From a virus: a stretch of 64,000 bases of DNA. The notes beneath the pieces were generated by a model. The model did not search any database. It saw only the letters and a program-made list of their open reading frames with translations, and had not been told where the DNA came from. Shown piece after piece: positions 1 through 11,127 of this stretch (positions are counted from its first letter, which is position 1; every line of letters starts with the position of its first letter). The position numbers and the translations under genes are program-made. The stretch covers positions 27,845 to 91,844 of the IMG/VR virus record IMGVR_UViG_3300031977_002862. One strand, written 5' to 3'.

Positions 1-3000
1 TAGAATTAGAGAGGGGGTAGTTACAGAAGTAGGCGTAATCGCTCCAAGACCAAGAGTAAAGCTTGCATCCCCAGAAGTAACTGTTGCGCCCCCTGTGATA
101 CCATTATTTGTTGTAATGGCAACACCAGTAATATCGGCAGCACCAACAGTCTGGGAACCTCCAGAGCCCCCAGGAACAAAACCACCATCGGTCGTCGCGT
201 CTGTAATTGCAATCTCTCTTGCAGTTGTTCCGCTCCACTGATTTTCTGTGGCTACTCCTGTTCCTGCATAGCTTAATGCAGTTCGAAAATAGTAAGTATC
301 ATCTGCGGCTGCTAAAGTAACAGTATCAGTAGCAGTATCAAGAGTAATATATCCACTTGCGTCTATACAAGAACTTCCACCAAACTCTACGTTTGCTGTA
401 TAAGTTGTAAGAGTTACAAAAAGCTGTTCACCGCCTTCATAGCCGAGATCGATAATTTCTGTGTCTTCTGTTTGAACTACTTTATATTGAGTTGAAGTAG
501 GAGTTCCGCTTGTTATTCGAGTAAAAGTTCTTGTATAACTATCTCCTGAAACGGTTCCGTTTCCGCCGGCTGCAATACTTACTATGGTTGAACCATTAAA
601 AGAAGTATCATCGTCAACATCAAAAGTAATTGTTAAGCTTGTAGGGATTTTTGCGAGAGTACTTGCAGCACTATCTCCGTTATAACTATATCCTATCGCG
701 GAAAATCCTGCGAAAGCTTTTACTCGAACACGTACAGTTACATTTGAATTATCTACTGCTGTTGAAATCGTAGCATACTGGCCAGCAGTATTATGGTTTT
801 CTGCATAAGTTTCTACTTTTGTTTGAGAAACTTGAGCGATTTCTGTAAGAGCAGGAAATGAGAAGCCTCCGTCATTGCTGTCAAAATATACAGTGCCTTC
901 TGAAGAACGAAGTACTAAATTTCTTGCATTTACTAGGCCATCAGACTTTACAGAAAAAGTTCCAGAGGTAGGGGTTGATCCCGTATAAAATCTATAATCA
1001 CCGACTCCGGAAAGACTTGCTGAAGTAGCGCCGGTTCCGGCGGTAATCGTCGTGTCCGACGCTACAGCTCTTCCTGTTATACTTCCATCAACAATTAAGG
1101 AAGAATTTATTCGTAGAGTGTTTCCAAAACTCCATGCGGATCCATCATAAGACCATTCAGCCACTTTTGGGGGTGACGATCCATCATATACTAAAACAAT
1201 GTCTCCGTCAATAGGATTTCTTCCGGCAACGGCAAAAACTTCAGAGTTCGAAGGAGCGTCTAAATCATCGGGGGAGTTTGCGCTTCTTCTTACTCTCCAA
1301 TATCCTGGAATAGCGGAAGCGGCTTGAACTTCTTCAATTACTATATTGTCAACTAAAGTTGTGCCTGCTGCTCCGTTATATTGTACGAGAATGAGAGGTG
1401 CGATATATCTTACATTTGGATGTGCTACTGCAGGATCAAGAAAAGTTCTTGAATTATAGCCGCCAGCAGAAGCTCCGTGCCCTGAAAAATACCCTTCATA
1501 TAGAGTCCATGCGTCTGGAATATCTACTCCAACAGCAGCAAAATAGTGCTGACTGCTGTGGGTATTCGTACCATCTATATTTACAAGAGTTGTTTTGTCT
1601 GCTGCAAAACCTCCGAAACCAAAATAAGCAGCTCCACTTCCAGCGGTTTGTCGTGCAACAACTCTTACTCGATATATTCTTGAAGGATCAAAGGGAATTA
1701 ATTGCTTTGAAATCAACCATCTTTCATCGTTTCCAGAGTTATTCCCGATTGAGAGAGAAGTTCCTCCAGAATACGAAGTGGAGGAGAAAGTGATTTCTCC
1801 AGCTGCTGTATGGCTTGTCCAATAAGTAAGAAAATCGGCTGAATCTGCGTATTGTTCAAAATTATCGCGAAGTCGATCTACTACGATTGCTGTAGACTGA
1901 ATTGTTTCTCCGCCTTCATCCTTTAGGTCTACACCTGCAGTAGCTCCTACAGTCGCAGACGGAGAAGCTACAAGACTAAGAGGTATAGGAGCACCGAACA
2001 ATCCACCCGCAGCAATTTCGTCCGGAGAGCCCGCCGGTCTTGTTTCAAGCCAGCCTAAAGCTACATAACTATCGGCAGGAGTAAAATCTACCCAAGTAGA
2101 GTTGTTATCGTACTGCCACTGGGTTCCATTCAAGCGAGCAAACGCAACGTCCATCGCTGTACTTACAACAGTGAACGGATTACCTTTAGCCGTATCAAAT
2201 ACTATAAAGCCTTTAGTGTCTGTTTGGCTTGTTGCAAAAGTAATAGGATCTAACGCATTAAGTTGAACTGCGTCTACAGTTATTTTGGAACCATTCCAGA
2301 TAATAAATCCATCTGTGTTTAGCTGAGGGCTTCCTTCATTATCGCACCCAACAAGAGCGCCTTCTCCGTCATTGGCAGTGCCGTCAGAGCGTTTATTTAG
2401 TAAAAGAGCTAATCCTTGGCTTGCGTTATAACTATTTAGCAGGTCTGCGTCTGCGGGTTGCGAGGTGATGTTCGATCCCCAAGTAGCTCCAGCAGTAGCA
2501 CCGGCTTCAGCAACAGCATTTGTTATTTGAGTAGCATCAACTTGACCAGAACCACTTCCCGTATAGTTCAGAGTACCGTCAGAATTTATTTGAATGTCTT
2601 CATTAAATACGTTACCTGCTCCAGAACCTGTTAGAGCGACTCCTCCAATAGAAACTGTTCCTTTAAATCCTGCGCCTTCATCACTTGAATAAAAGAAAGG
2701 AGTTTGAATAATTCCATCGGTAAGGTCTATCGAAGAACCTGCCGAAGAAAAAGCATCGGGACTTCCTGTACCGCTATAGTTATCAGATTCAATAGAGCCC
2801 GTCGTAATATTTCCACCGTCAATAACAGTTTGACCGCTCGTGGACAGATTTGTGAAGGTTACAAGATTTGTAAAGCTTGCTGCTTTTAATGCGGTGCCAC
2901 CAAAAGTTAAAGTTTCACCACTATAGGTATCATTTCCAGAATTATATGTTCCGCTTTCAGATGCGGAAAATCCTATATACCAAAACTCTGCGTCCGGACT

Positions 3001-6000
3001 TCCACCTGTGTATGTTGGAGCATTATGGCTCCAATTAGAAAGAATTGTTCCGAATTCTCCTGTACCAAAATTCATCGTATTCGTGTCGGCACTTGTAGGA
3101 AGTGTAGTAGGTTGAGTGCTAGTTTTTACAGAGTAGAATAAATAGCCAGTTACAGTTCGAGTTCCTCGGGCACCCGTTGATCCCGTGTCTCCTTTACGAG
3201 AAATACTAAACCAAAACTGAATGGGATTGCCTGATGCAGTACTAAGATTTGAAGTGCCCCCTTCTTGATTAAAATTAAGCAGAGATACAGGAATCTTAAT
3301 TTTATTGGTAGTCTCTTCTATTGGAGAACCTGTAACTAAAAAGTTTACCCAACGATCTGAGGCTTCATACCAAGCAATTGTTGTTCCTGCTATAACTTGA
3401 TTGAGCAGAAAGTCTTTATTGTCTGTTCCATTAGTTTCGCTTCTATGAAAGAGTATATAATCAATATCTCCCGGAGTAGTAATATCGCTCCAACTTGTAG
3501 TTCCTTTATCTGGAGAAGCTGAATTTAAAAGAAGTGCATATCTTCCCTGACCAGCCGCCTCGCCGGTAGTATCCAAATCGTCATAGTTTAAAACAGTAGA
3601 AGCTGATGGTAGAGAATTTTCGCCATCTATTGCAAGAAGAGAAGGAGTGCTCCACTCTCCCTGAGCTATTGTATCAGTAGAAGAAGTTGAAGCAGCAGTA
3701 GCCTGAGATACCCATAAATATCTTCCGGTACCTGTACTCTGTATATCATCCGTCCAGCCATTTGCAGTTGTAAAAGAAATAGCGCCGCCCAAAAAAGTAT
3801 AGGTCGTGTTCCCTTCAGGTTTACCGCTATTTGATCCAGTACTTGGAGCAGTATCGGTAATAGTTCTTTGATATATAAATACTGAAGCAGTATTTAAACC
3901 ATCTCCACCATCCTCTGCTAATTTAACCGGAGCTGACCACTCAGGAGAACCTATATCGTCGGTGCTTCCGTTACCAGAAGCAGTTGCTGCTACAACATAT
4001 AAAGGATCGGAGCCTCCGGTAGGTTCTTTTTGCCACCCATCATCTAAAGTAGTGGTGGTTATTTTTCCCGTACTTAGGTTTACTGTTACAGGCCCGGGAT
4101 TATCTGAAGGAGCCGCTGCGCTTCTCTTATAAGCGTAGACGAGTGCATTTGAATTTCCGTCAGTTCTTACAGCATAAACCGAGCTTCCAGTCCAAGTAAT
4201 AGAAGCCGAAGTACTAGTTCTGGAACCTACAGCAAGGCCAACTCCTACATAAGAAGTTTCCCCATTTGCCAAAGTAGGGGGTGTAGTACTCCAATTTGTA
4301 GGAGCTGTTAGAGTATTAGTAGTAAAATTATAAGAGCCTCCAGTAAGACCAGCATTTGAAGTTTTTCTAAATACATATACTTCGGCTACAGCGTCTGCTT
4401 CGATTTGAAACGGGCTACCCCAGTCATAGTTTGTAGCTCCTACAGCTTTCTCACCCGTGCTGGCCCAAAGAGTATAAGGAGAACCATCATCTAAAAGTGT
4501 ATCGACTGCATTGGTTCTCCAGCCTACAGGTGTACCAGGAGTAGAGCTAGGAGTGTCTGGTTCACCGTCATTTCGCTTAAAGATTATATCTACACTAGCG
4601 CCTGTTTCTCCTGGAGATCCGTCTTCGCCCTCTACAGATTGAGCTAAAGATTGGATTTTTGTTAAACTAAAAGAAGTTCCATTAGCTCTCTTTCCCTCTA
4701 TAAGATAAGATACTGTAGCATTTGTAGCTGTCATATCATCATGAGGAGGGATAGTAGCGTAAGTACCCGAGTCAGTAACAGGGCTTCCTGGATCAATATT
4801 TACACCTGTAGAGGTTACTTTCCAAGTGCCATTTGAAGTTCCTACGCCGTCATAGGTAAGTTCTGTAGTACCTTCATAAACTCGAATAGTTGTTCCGGAG
4901 CCTGTATATGTAATCTGACTACCGCCTCCGGTGTTTGTAACCGGAAGAACATGGGAATCATTAGGCAATATAATAGTAAGAGCATCGGTTCCGTTTGCTC
5001 CCACAGTACCTTCCTGAATACCATAAATCGAAACAGTATCAAAAGAGTAGACTCCTCCGTCAGGGGATCCTGCGTCACTTTCCGCTACTTGAAGAGTATA
5101 TGAATGAACTTCGTTGGGCCCTGGTTCTCTTCTATCTGGAGATCCGGAATCAAAATCAGGAATATCATAAGTATTTTGAGAACCCCAAGCCCTTACCTCG
5201 ACCCCATCTTTTAAAAATCTATATATTGGAGAAGTATAGTTTGTGCCCGTTCCTGTAAGAGTAATAGTAGTTTCAGGGCTTTCATTACCATCAGCGTCGA
5301 ATAAAATTACATATTTATTTGCTGTAAGAGTTGCGGTTTTTCCTTCTGCTCCATCAGCTCCATCAGTAGATAATAGACTTGCAGCAACCCAATCACCACT
5401 ACCAATAGTTACAGTATCTGTTAAACTTTTTACATATTGCTGAACTATCCAAAGATATGCTCCTCCACTTGAAGGAATGCTGGTAGTCCAAGAATTAGAT
5501 GGAGCAGGATCAAGTGCGCCTGTACTAAAAGTATAGGTTACTTGATTATCGGGGGAACTAGGAGTGCTTCCAGAAGTAGTTCTACGATAAAGATTTATAA
5601 AAGCACTGTTAAACCTTCCAATAGTTGTTCCGGAAGCCTCAGTGCTATAATCGCTGTAGTAATCTCTTTGCTCCGAAGATCGAGTTGTTTGTACAGTTGT
5701 GCGAGTAAAGGCCCTTACCCAATAATAAAATGTTGTTCGAGTTTCTGGAAGAAGAATATCGATGTAGCTTCTTTCTAGCGTGGAAGATTGATCAGCGATT
5801 TTAACGGCTGTATTTACATTATTTGAAGTACTTCTCCAAATCTCATATCCATTTGCCTTTGCAACATTATCCCAAGTTACTGTAATCTGGTTAGTTTCCT
5901 CATTCGAAGTACCGGTTCCTGTTGCTGCAACATTCGTAGGCGCAGAAGGACGGCGAATAACCGCATCTACTTCAAGAGGTACATTGAAAGGGCTTGCTTT

Positions 6001-9000
6001 TGGAGCATCTATAAAATATATAGAGTCATCGTGCTCTGTAGCTACTACACTTACTAGACAATTTGTTTGATAAGTAAGGGATTGAATTCTGAAATACTTT
6101 CCGCTGTCCCAACCAAATCGAGGATATTTTACACGAATTAGTTCACCAGGACTCAATGCTAAACCAACAGGTCGAACTGTAAAAGAAATCTGGCGAGAAA
6201 ATCTTGAACGATTGAGGATCTGCTCAACAGCAAGTCGAGCATTGTAGTAGTTTGTAATTCCTTCGAGCTTGAAAGATCCTGAACGAACAACTCCTCGATC
6301 TTGCTTCAAATAATCTGAGTTAAAGAAAGATACGTTTCGACTGTTAAAATTATTCTGAGGGTCGATAATGCTTGCAGATAAAGAATTATACGCTTTCGAA
6401 AGTCCGTCGTCTTTAATCGAAAGAGAACCAATAATATCTTCTTGCTCAATGACTCGAACACTTGAGCCTACAGAAATCCACTCAATATCAAAATCATCTG
6501 CAGACGAAAGACCCAAATCTAATCGAAGACCCGTAATATAGCTGTCTTCCCAATCTGTTCCACCAGCAGTTAGATTTGACATATCCCACGAAGCAATCAC
6601 CCACTCATTTAAAACTGTGGGGTCAGAAATATCTTTTTGAAAAGAAGCCGATTCACCGTGAGAGTCGGTAGTGTAATAAGCAGCACCATCCCAACCAGTC
6701 CCTCCAGTTCTACGTATTCTTGCACGAATAATTAAGTTTTCAGAACCTTTGAAAGAAAGATTTGATTTTCTAAATACAGGATCGGAGCCACTTGAGTCAA
6801 GAGTTATATACTCTTCTTCTTGTGTAATTGAAGCCTGGCCATTTACTGTCCAACCCTCTGAAGAGTTCTGGAAATTCCAGAAAAGTTCTCCGTCAGCATC
6901 TCTCTTTGTCTCTACTGAAAGAGTGAACTTGCCGTCCTCAAATGCAAGTATTCCATTAAAGTGCTCAAGAATAACGCCAATAACATTAAAGACGGGCTGA
7001 GATGTATCAATTGATAAATTTCCCTGATGGCGAGTAACCCAACGCTGGTCGGGAGAGTCCCACCCAAGATACTTCCAATACTGTATAAAGTCGGAATCGT
7101 AGAGAGAATAATCTAAAACATTACCAGAGCCAGAGGCTACAGAAACACTTGTGCTGTCTCCGCCAACTTGAGTTAAGGTAAATGAAGAAATCTCAACAGC
7201 ATTTGTACTTATAGTTGTTTGCAAACCACTGGTTGTATTAAATCTATAAAGACTTGATCCAGCCTCCCAAATAATATCGTCTTGCAAGCGAGTACGGACT
7301 TTATTGAATTGATTTGTAAGTTTCCCAATACAGTCTGTAAAAGTAACTTTGAAACGATCTGGAGAACCACTCAATGCATCTTCAATAGTTTTAATAGTTC
7401 CTTGCCACTTAAAACCACCAGTAGGCTCATACTTAAACTTATCCCCTACTGCAAGAGTATGTCCGACACTGTCTACTTGTATTTCGACTGTAATATCTGA
7501 TCGAGTATCGCAAGTTCGGGCAGCTTGTAAAAAGCTATTAATATTTAACTTATCATCAGAAAGACCCGCCCCATAACGCTTACTCTTCATATAATCTAAA
7601 AGAATAAGTCCAAAGTTTGTAGTGGGCCGAACGTCTCTTCCTTCTTCGTTTCCGTATATTAGTACTTCATCTCCTGCTTCTGGAACTTCTCCATCGGCTA
7701 GATCAGTAGTAAGAGTTAGAATGCGAGTGGCTCCGTCGTAGTCTTTAATTACTTTAAGAGTTTCTATTATATTGCCATTAAAATCGGTTCTTCTGATTAA
7801 AACAGCTTTACCATTATAAGCATCATCAACAGAACTCGGGCTTCCAGTTGTAGAAAGTTTAATCTGATTCTTTATTGTTATATATGTAGTAGTAGAAGCA
7901 TTTCCTGTTACAGTACTTATATTATTTGTAGGAGTATCATCAAGGACAGTGTTAGTTTGATCTACAGTTACAGTAGTTGAAGAGGTTACCGGGTTTTCTT
8001 GATATGTTGGACTCTTAGGGTTTGAACCATCAAAACCATTAGCAAGAGGAATTGTTCTTTCTGTATTTACCGAGGCTCTAGAACTTCCAGTAGAGCTTTG
8101 AGCATCTCTTACGTTGCTTGTACTTGTTGTAGCATTTATGTCAGCAGTACCACTAGAATTTATTGCAGAAATTTCATCTTGAAGTTTTGTTTCAATAGTA
8201 AAGGCTGCATTCCCTTCTGTAAAATCATATGTTGCCATGGTCCAAGTATTTGAACCATCATCCATGTAGAATTTTTTAGCCTGCTGTAGAGAGATTTCTT
8301 GAGCCGCTGTTAAATCCCAACGAAATCTATAATTTGTATTTCCCTTCCCGTCCTGGTAAAACCACTTATCTATAATTTGAACATTTGAAGCAAGTGCAGT
8401 GTCATCAGAAGACTTTTTGATAGTTACTGTGTCGCCGAGAGAAAAATTAGTGTGGTTTTCACCACTTCCTACATGACCATAACTTCCGTCGTAGTTATAA
8501 GATTCTACAAGCTTTCCTTTTACTACGTAGTCTATATCTGGTACTGTAGTCTGGTCAGGTGTAATGGTGTGCTTAGAAACAGTATAAGCAGTATCAAGAA
8601 GTTTATGGTTTGCCCCCCAGTAATTAGTAGCTGGAGCAGATCCAAAATAATCATTCTGAAGTTTAAATTTTGTCCCGTTTGCAACACTAGATAAACGAGA
8701 AGATGCTTGTTGATCTTCTAAACCTGATTTAAACTCTATAACGGTGTCAGTAGGACTTGTAAAATTAATTCCGTAATCATGTACAAGACCTTTTTGTCCT
8801 ACAGGAACTCCGGAACTATATATTCCATTTACCAATCCATTGTAAACTTCATTTCTTTGTACGTAAACTCCAGAAGGAGCATTGAACACCCAAGAAACAA
8901 GCTCTTGTGCCGCTTGAGCATTTACTTCGGCCTCTGCTTCTATAGCTTCATAGTCCTCTACAGAAAGAGTTTGACTGCCGCTGTAAACCACTACGGAAGG

Positions 9001-10407
9001 GTCTACGGTATACTCTCCGAGAATTACGTCGCCTTTATCTGCTCTTCCATAACAAGCAATATCAACAGCATCGGAAGAGAAATTTGCTCCGGCAGAGTTT
9101 CTTACGTCAAAGTCTTGCTCAGAAATACAAACTAAGGGTTGGTCATCCACGTAAACATTCAGAATACTCTGAATCGGACCTTCAGCAAGACTTTCTGCAA
9201 TATAAACTGTATCGGCGTCCGAGGTATTCTCTAAATCTGCAAAGATTGGATTTCCGCCTACACGACGAACTCCGTAAATAACAGGAATATAAGTAGCATT
9301 TAAATTAAACCTTAAATCAACTTCATTCTCTACCTCTACTTCATATTTCTTTAGCTTTTTAGTTCCGAGAAGTTTATTTCTCCATACTTCTTTATACCGT
9401 TCTTCTGTTGTAGTGTATATTGCAATTACGTTTACCGCATTATTTGCATGTTGAAAACCCATATCGCTCGCATATTCAGGTCGAATAGTAGCATCTGGAT
9501 TGGGGTTGCCATTTCTGTTTAGCGCTCTGTGGAAATCATCTGAACCTAATCGCCCTCGAACTTGTTGAAAGTCTCCCCAGTGGCTTCTACATACCCAAGA
9601 AAACTGTGCAATACCGTTTGGGTCCTCTTTATAATTTGCTGTAGCAATAATACCACTGAAAAGAAGAACGGGAGATCCAATAAAAACATCGGGCTCGTCT
9701 TCATAGAAAAAAGCCTTATAGACAGATACCTGACGATTAACAAAGTTTGCAGCTTTTTGAGGAAGAGTAAGTGCAGTTAATTCAGTACTCGCTTGAAGAA
9801 TATCATAACTTTCTCCTGTTTCTGTCCAGGTAGAGAAAGGAAAAGTCTCTTCTTCAACTTTTACAGTTTTGCCCTCGTTTCGAAAAGAATGAATACGAAA
9901 TCTCTGAAGGCTAAAGTCGGCTGTTGGAGAGCTTGCTGTAGTTGCTTTTAAACGAATTAAGTCTCCTTCTACAAAACCAGCATCACTGAAGCTCTCATCC
10001 GCTGTAATTAAGTAATCCCCTCCAGAAGTTGAAAAAGTAAGAGATTGGTTGTAGAGAGCGGCATCAAGAGAATTTGCAGCTATATTAATAGTAAAGTTTG
10101 CTATCTTGTTTTCTGCAGAATCCTGAACAGAGGAGACACTAATTAGTTTATTGGCATGATACGTCTGAGAACCGTTATTCAGTACAGAACCTGACTCTTC
10201 GTAAGTTGATTCATCGTTAAAATTAATCGCATAAGAAGCATCCGTTACATAAGCGTAACGAGTAAATTTTTGGCTGTATAAAACCTCTAGATTTGGTGCA
10301 TTCCATTCTTTTAGTGGGCGCTCAAATTTTACAAGATGTGCATAAGTAAAAGGACGATTCTCGTCAAGATGAAGTGCGAGAGTAGGATTTAAATCTAATT
10401 TTGCCAT
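1..10407 (-). CDS. Giant baseplate hub (T5 pb3-like)/central tail fibre fusion protein, >3,469 aa, C-terminus runs off the window
   Basis: ATG at 10407 abuts the Dit stop (MAKLDLNPTLALHLDENRPF...). The frame was open wherever I checked down to position 1; it is missing from the ORF track, consistent with no stop in the window. It has hub-like motifs (IPVIYGVRRVGG, YMKSKRYGAG), an FN3-like segment and repeated Thr/Ser/Gly/Trp-rich fibre modules. Confidence 0.85.
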   Translation of the reverse strand, partial: MAKLDLNPTLALHLDENRPFTYAHLVKFERPLKEWNAPNLEVLYSQKFTRYAYVTDASYAINFNDESTYEESGSVLNNGSQTYHANKLISVSSVQDSAENKIANFTINIAANSLDAALYNQSLTFSTSGGDYLITADESFSDAGFVEGDLIRLKATTASSPTADFSLQRFRIHSFRNEGKTVKVEEETFPFSTWTETGESYDILQASTELTALTLPQKAANFVNRQVSVYKAFFYEDEPDVFIGSPVLLFSGIIATANYKEDPNGIAQFSWVCRSHWGDFQQVRGRLGSDDFHRALNRNGNPNPDATIRPEYASDMGFQHANNAVNVIAIYTTTEERYKEVWRNKLLGTKKLKKYEVEVENEVDLRFNLNATYIPVIYGVRRVGGNPIFADLENTSDADTVYIAESLAEGPIQSILNVYVDDQPLVCISEQDFDVRNSAGANFSSDAVDIACYGRADKGDVILGEYTVDPSVVVYSGSQTLSVEDYEAIEAEAEVNAQAAQELVSWVFNAPSGVYVQRNEVYNGLVNGIYSSGVPVGQKGLVHDYGINFTSPTDTVIEFKSGLEDQQASSRLSSVANGTKFKLQNDYFGSAPATNYWGANHKLLDTAYTVSKHTITPDQTTVPDIDYVVKGKLVESYNYDGSYGHVGSGENHTNFSLGDTVTIKKSSDDTALASNVQIIDKWFYQDGKGNTNYRFRWDLTAAQEISLQQAKKFYMDDGSNTWTMATYDFTEGNAAFTIETKLQDEISAINSSGTADINATTSTSNVRDAQSSTGSSRASVNTERTIPLANGFDGSNPKSPTYQENPVTSSTTVTVDQTNTVLDDTPTNNISTVTGNASTTTYITIKNQIKLSTTGSPSSVDDAYNGKAVLIRRTDFNGNIIETLKVIKDYDGATRILTLTTDLADGEVPEAGDEVLIYGNEEGRDVRPTTNFGLILLDYMKSKRYGAGLSDDKLNINSFLQAARTCDTRSDITVEIQVDSVGHTLAVGDKFKYEPTGGFKWQGTIKTIEDALSGSPDRFKVTFTDCIGKLTNQFNKVRTRLQDDIIWEAGSSLYRFNTTSGLQTTISTNAVEISSFTLTQVGGDSTSVSVASGSGNVLDYSLYDSDFIQYWKYLGWDSPDQRWVTRHQGNLSIDTSQPVFNVIGVILEHFNGILAFEDGKFTLSVETKRDADGELFWNFQNSSEGWTVNGQASITQEEEYITLDSSGSDPVFRKSNLSFKGSENLIIRARIRRTGGTGWDGAAYYTTDSHGESASFQKDISDPTVLNEWVIASWDMSNLTAGGTDWEDSYITGLRLDLGLSSADDFDIEWISVGSSVRVIEQEDIIGSLSIKDDGLSKAYNSLSASIIDPQNNFNSRNVSFFNSDYLKQDRGVVRSGSFKLEGITNYYNARLAVEQILNRSRFSRQISFTVRPVGLALSPGELIRVKYPRFGWDSGKYFRIQSLTYQTNCLVSVVATEHDDSIYFIDAPKASPFNVPLEVDAVIRRPSAPTNVAATGTGTSNEETNQITVTWDNVAKANGYEIWRSTSNNVNTAVKIADQSSTLERSYIDILLPETRTTFYYWVRAFTRTTVQTTRSSEQRDYYSDYSTEASGTTIGRFNSAFINLYRRTTSGSTPSSPDNQVTYTFSTGALDPAPSNSWTTSIPSSGGAYLWIVQQYVKSLTDTVTIGSGDWVAASLLSTDGADGAEGKTATLTANKYVILFDADGNESPETTITLTGTGTNYTSPIYRFLKDGVEVRAWGSQNTYDIPDFDSGSPDRREPGPNEVHSYTLQVAESDAGSPDGGVYSFDTVSIYGIQEGTVGANGTDALTIILPNDSHVLPVTNTGGGSQITYTGSGTTIRVYEGTTELTYDGVGTSNGTWKVTSTGVNIDPGSPVTDSGTYATIPPHDDMTATNATVSYLIEGKRANGTSFSLTKIQSLAQSVEGEDGSPGETGASVDIIFKRNDGEPDTPSSTPGTPVGWRTNAVDTLLDDGSPYTLWASTGEKAVGATNYDWGSPFQIEADAVAEVYVFRKTSNAGLTGGSYNFTTNTLTAPTNWSTTPPTLANGETSYVGVGLAVGSRTSTSASITWTGSSVYAVRTDGNSNALVYAYKRSAAAPSDNPGPVTVNLSTGKITTTTLDDGWQKEPTGGSDPLYVVAATASGNGSTDDIGSPEWSAPVKLAEDGGDGLNTASVFIYQRTITDTAPSTGSNSGKPEGNTTYTFLGGAISFTTANGWTDDIQSTGTGRYLWVSQATAASTSSTDTIAQGEWSTPSLLAIDGENSLPSASTVLNYDDLDTTGEAAGQGRYALLLNSASPDKGTTSWSDITTPGDIDYILFHRSETNGTDNKDFLLNQVIAGTTIAWYEASDRWVNFLVTGSPIEETTNKIKIPVSLLNFNQEGGTSNLSTASGNPIQFWFSISRKGDTGSTGARGTRTVTGYLFYSVKTSTQPTTLPTSADTNTMNFGTGEFGTILSNWSHNAPTYTGGSPDAEFWYIGFSASESGTYNSGNDTYSGETLTFGGTALKAASFTNLVTFTNLSTSGQTVIDGGNITTGSIESDNYSGTGSPDAFSSAGSSIDLTDGIIQTPFFYSSDEGAGFKGTVSIGGVALTGSGAGNVFNEDIQINSDGTLNYTGSGSGQVDATQITNAVAEAGATAGATWGSNITSQPADADLLNSYNASQGLALLLNKRSDGTANDGEGALVGCDNEGSPQLNTDGFIIWNGSKITVDAVQLNALDPITFATSQTDTKGFIVFDTAKGNPFTVVSTAMDVAFARLNGTQWQYDNNSTWVDFTPADSYVALGWLETRPAGSPDEIAAGGLFGAPIPLSLVASPSATVGATAGVDLKDEGGETIQSTAIVVDRLRDNFEQYADSADFLTYWTSHTAAGEITFSSTSYSGGTSLSIGNNSGNDERWLISKQLIPFDPSRIYRVRVVARQTAGSGAAYFGFGGFAADKTTLVNIDGTNTHSSQHYFAAVGVDIPDAWTLYEGYFSGHGASAGGYNSRTFLDPAVAHPNVRYIAPLILVQYNGAAGTTLVDNIVIEEVQAASAIPGYWRVRRSANSPDDLDAPSNSEVFAVAGRNPIDGDIVLVYDGSSPPKVAEWSYDGSAWSFGNTLRINSSLIVDGSITGRAVASDTTITAGTGATSASLSGVGDYRFYTGSTPTSGTFSVKSDGLVNARNLVLRSSEGTVYFDSNDGGFSFPALTEIAQVSQTKVETYAENHNTAGQYATISTAVDNSNVTVRVRVKAFAGFSAIGYSYNGDSAASTLAKIPTSLTITFDVDDDTSFNGSTIVSIAAGGNGTVSGDSYTRTFTRITSGTPTSTQYKVVQTEDTEIIDLGYEGGEQLFVTLTTYTANVEFGGSSCIDASGYITLDTATDTVTLAAADDTYYFRTALSYAGTGVATENQWSGTTAREIAITDATTDGGFVPGGSGGSQTVGAADITGVAITTNNGITGGATVTSGDASFTLGLGAITPTSVTTPSLIL

Positions 10408-11127
10408 TTAGGGTAGAGCCTCTTCTAAAGATAAACTGAACTGAAAAAGATTGTTCGTTCCAAGGGAGTATTCTTGAGTATCACCTTTTGGTATTACTCG
10501 AATTTTTGGTGCAGAAAAATTAACAGTAGCATTGTCCGCAACTGAATAAACAAGAGAAGGATTAAAATGAATAATTCTTTGATCCTCCGCGGGTTGAGTA
10601 GTTTCAAAATCTCCGTTAGTCTCAACACGAGTAACCATATATGCTTTTACATGGTTTGAGTTTGCTGAGTCTGTAATAGTAAATATGTCTCCTGGTTTTG
10701 GACTTCCACTTGCTCCAGTAAGGCCATCGATAGTCATTTTTGTAGCCCCAGAGTTTGTAGCACCGTTTACAGAGATTGTATTTGGAACCGCTAAATAAGT
10801 TGAAAATGTGGAGTCTTGTGTATCCTCATACTGGGGAAGAACTACGAAAAAAGGATTGAGTCTTCCCTGTCTCGACAAAAGAAAAGTATTAACTGGCTCG
10901 AACTCTGCTCGTGTAAGTGGATTATAAGAAATATCAAGAGACCAATGCTGCTTTGCCTGAGAACGAGTAACTACTCGTCCGCCGTTTGTTCGGGACATCA
11001 TCGTAGGCTGATTCGAAGTAAATTTTACAGAAGCAAAACCAGGACCGGCAGTACCAGTACTATTATTCTGCTTTCCTGAAGGAAGAATCTTTCGATCAGG
11101 ATCTGGTAATATATTCATAAAAGCCAT
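10408..11127 (-). CDS. Distal tail protein (Dit, T5 pb9-like)
   Basis: LPDP...PGFASV...ISYNPLT...LEEAL motifs; lies between tape measure and hub as in T5. Confidence 0.85.
   Translation of the reverse strand: MAFMNILPDPDRKILPSGKQNNSTGTAGPGFASVKFTSNQPTMMSRTNGGRVVTRSQAKQHWSLDISYNPLTRAEFEPVNTFLLSRQGRLNPFFVVLPQYEDTQDSTFSTYLAVPNTISVNGATNSGATKMTIDGLTGASGSPKPGDIFTITDSANSNHVKAYMVTRVETNGDFETTQPAEDQRIIHFNPSLVYSVADNATVNFSAPKIRVIPKGDTQEYSLGTNNLFQFSLSLEEALP

Noticed and set aside
1-10400. Short ORFs listed on both strands and an apparent 10-kb gene desert
   Set aside because: They are shadows of one giant minus-strand ORF that runs off the window; no alternative genetic code is needed.
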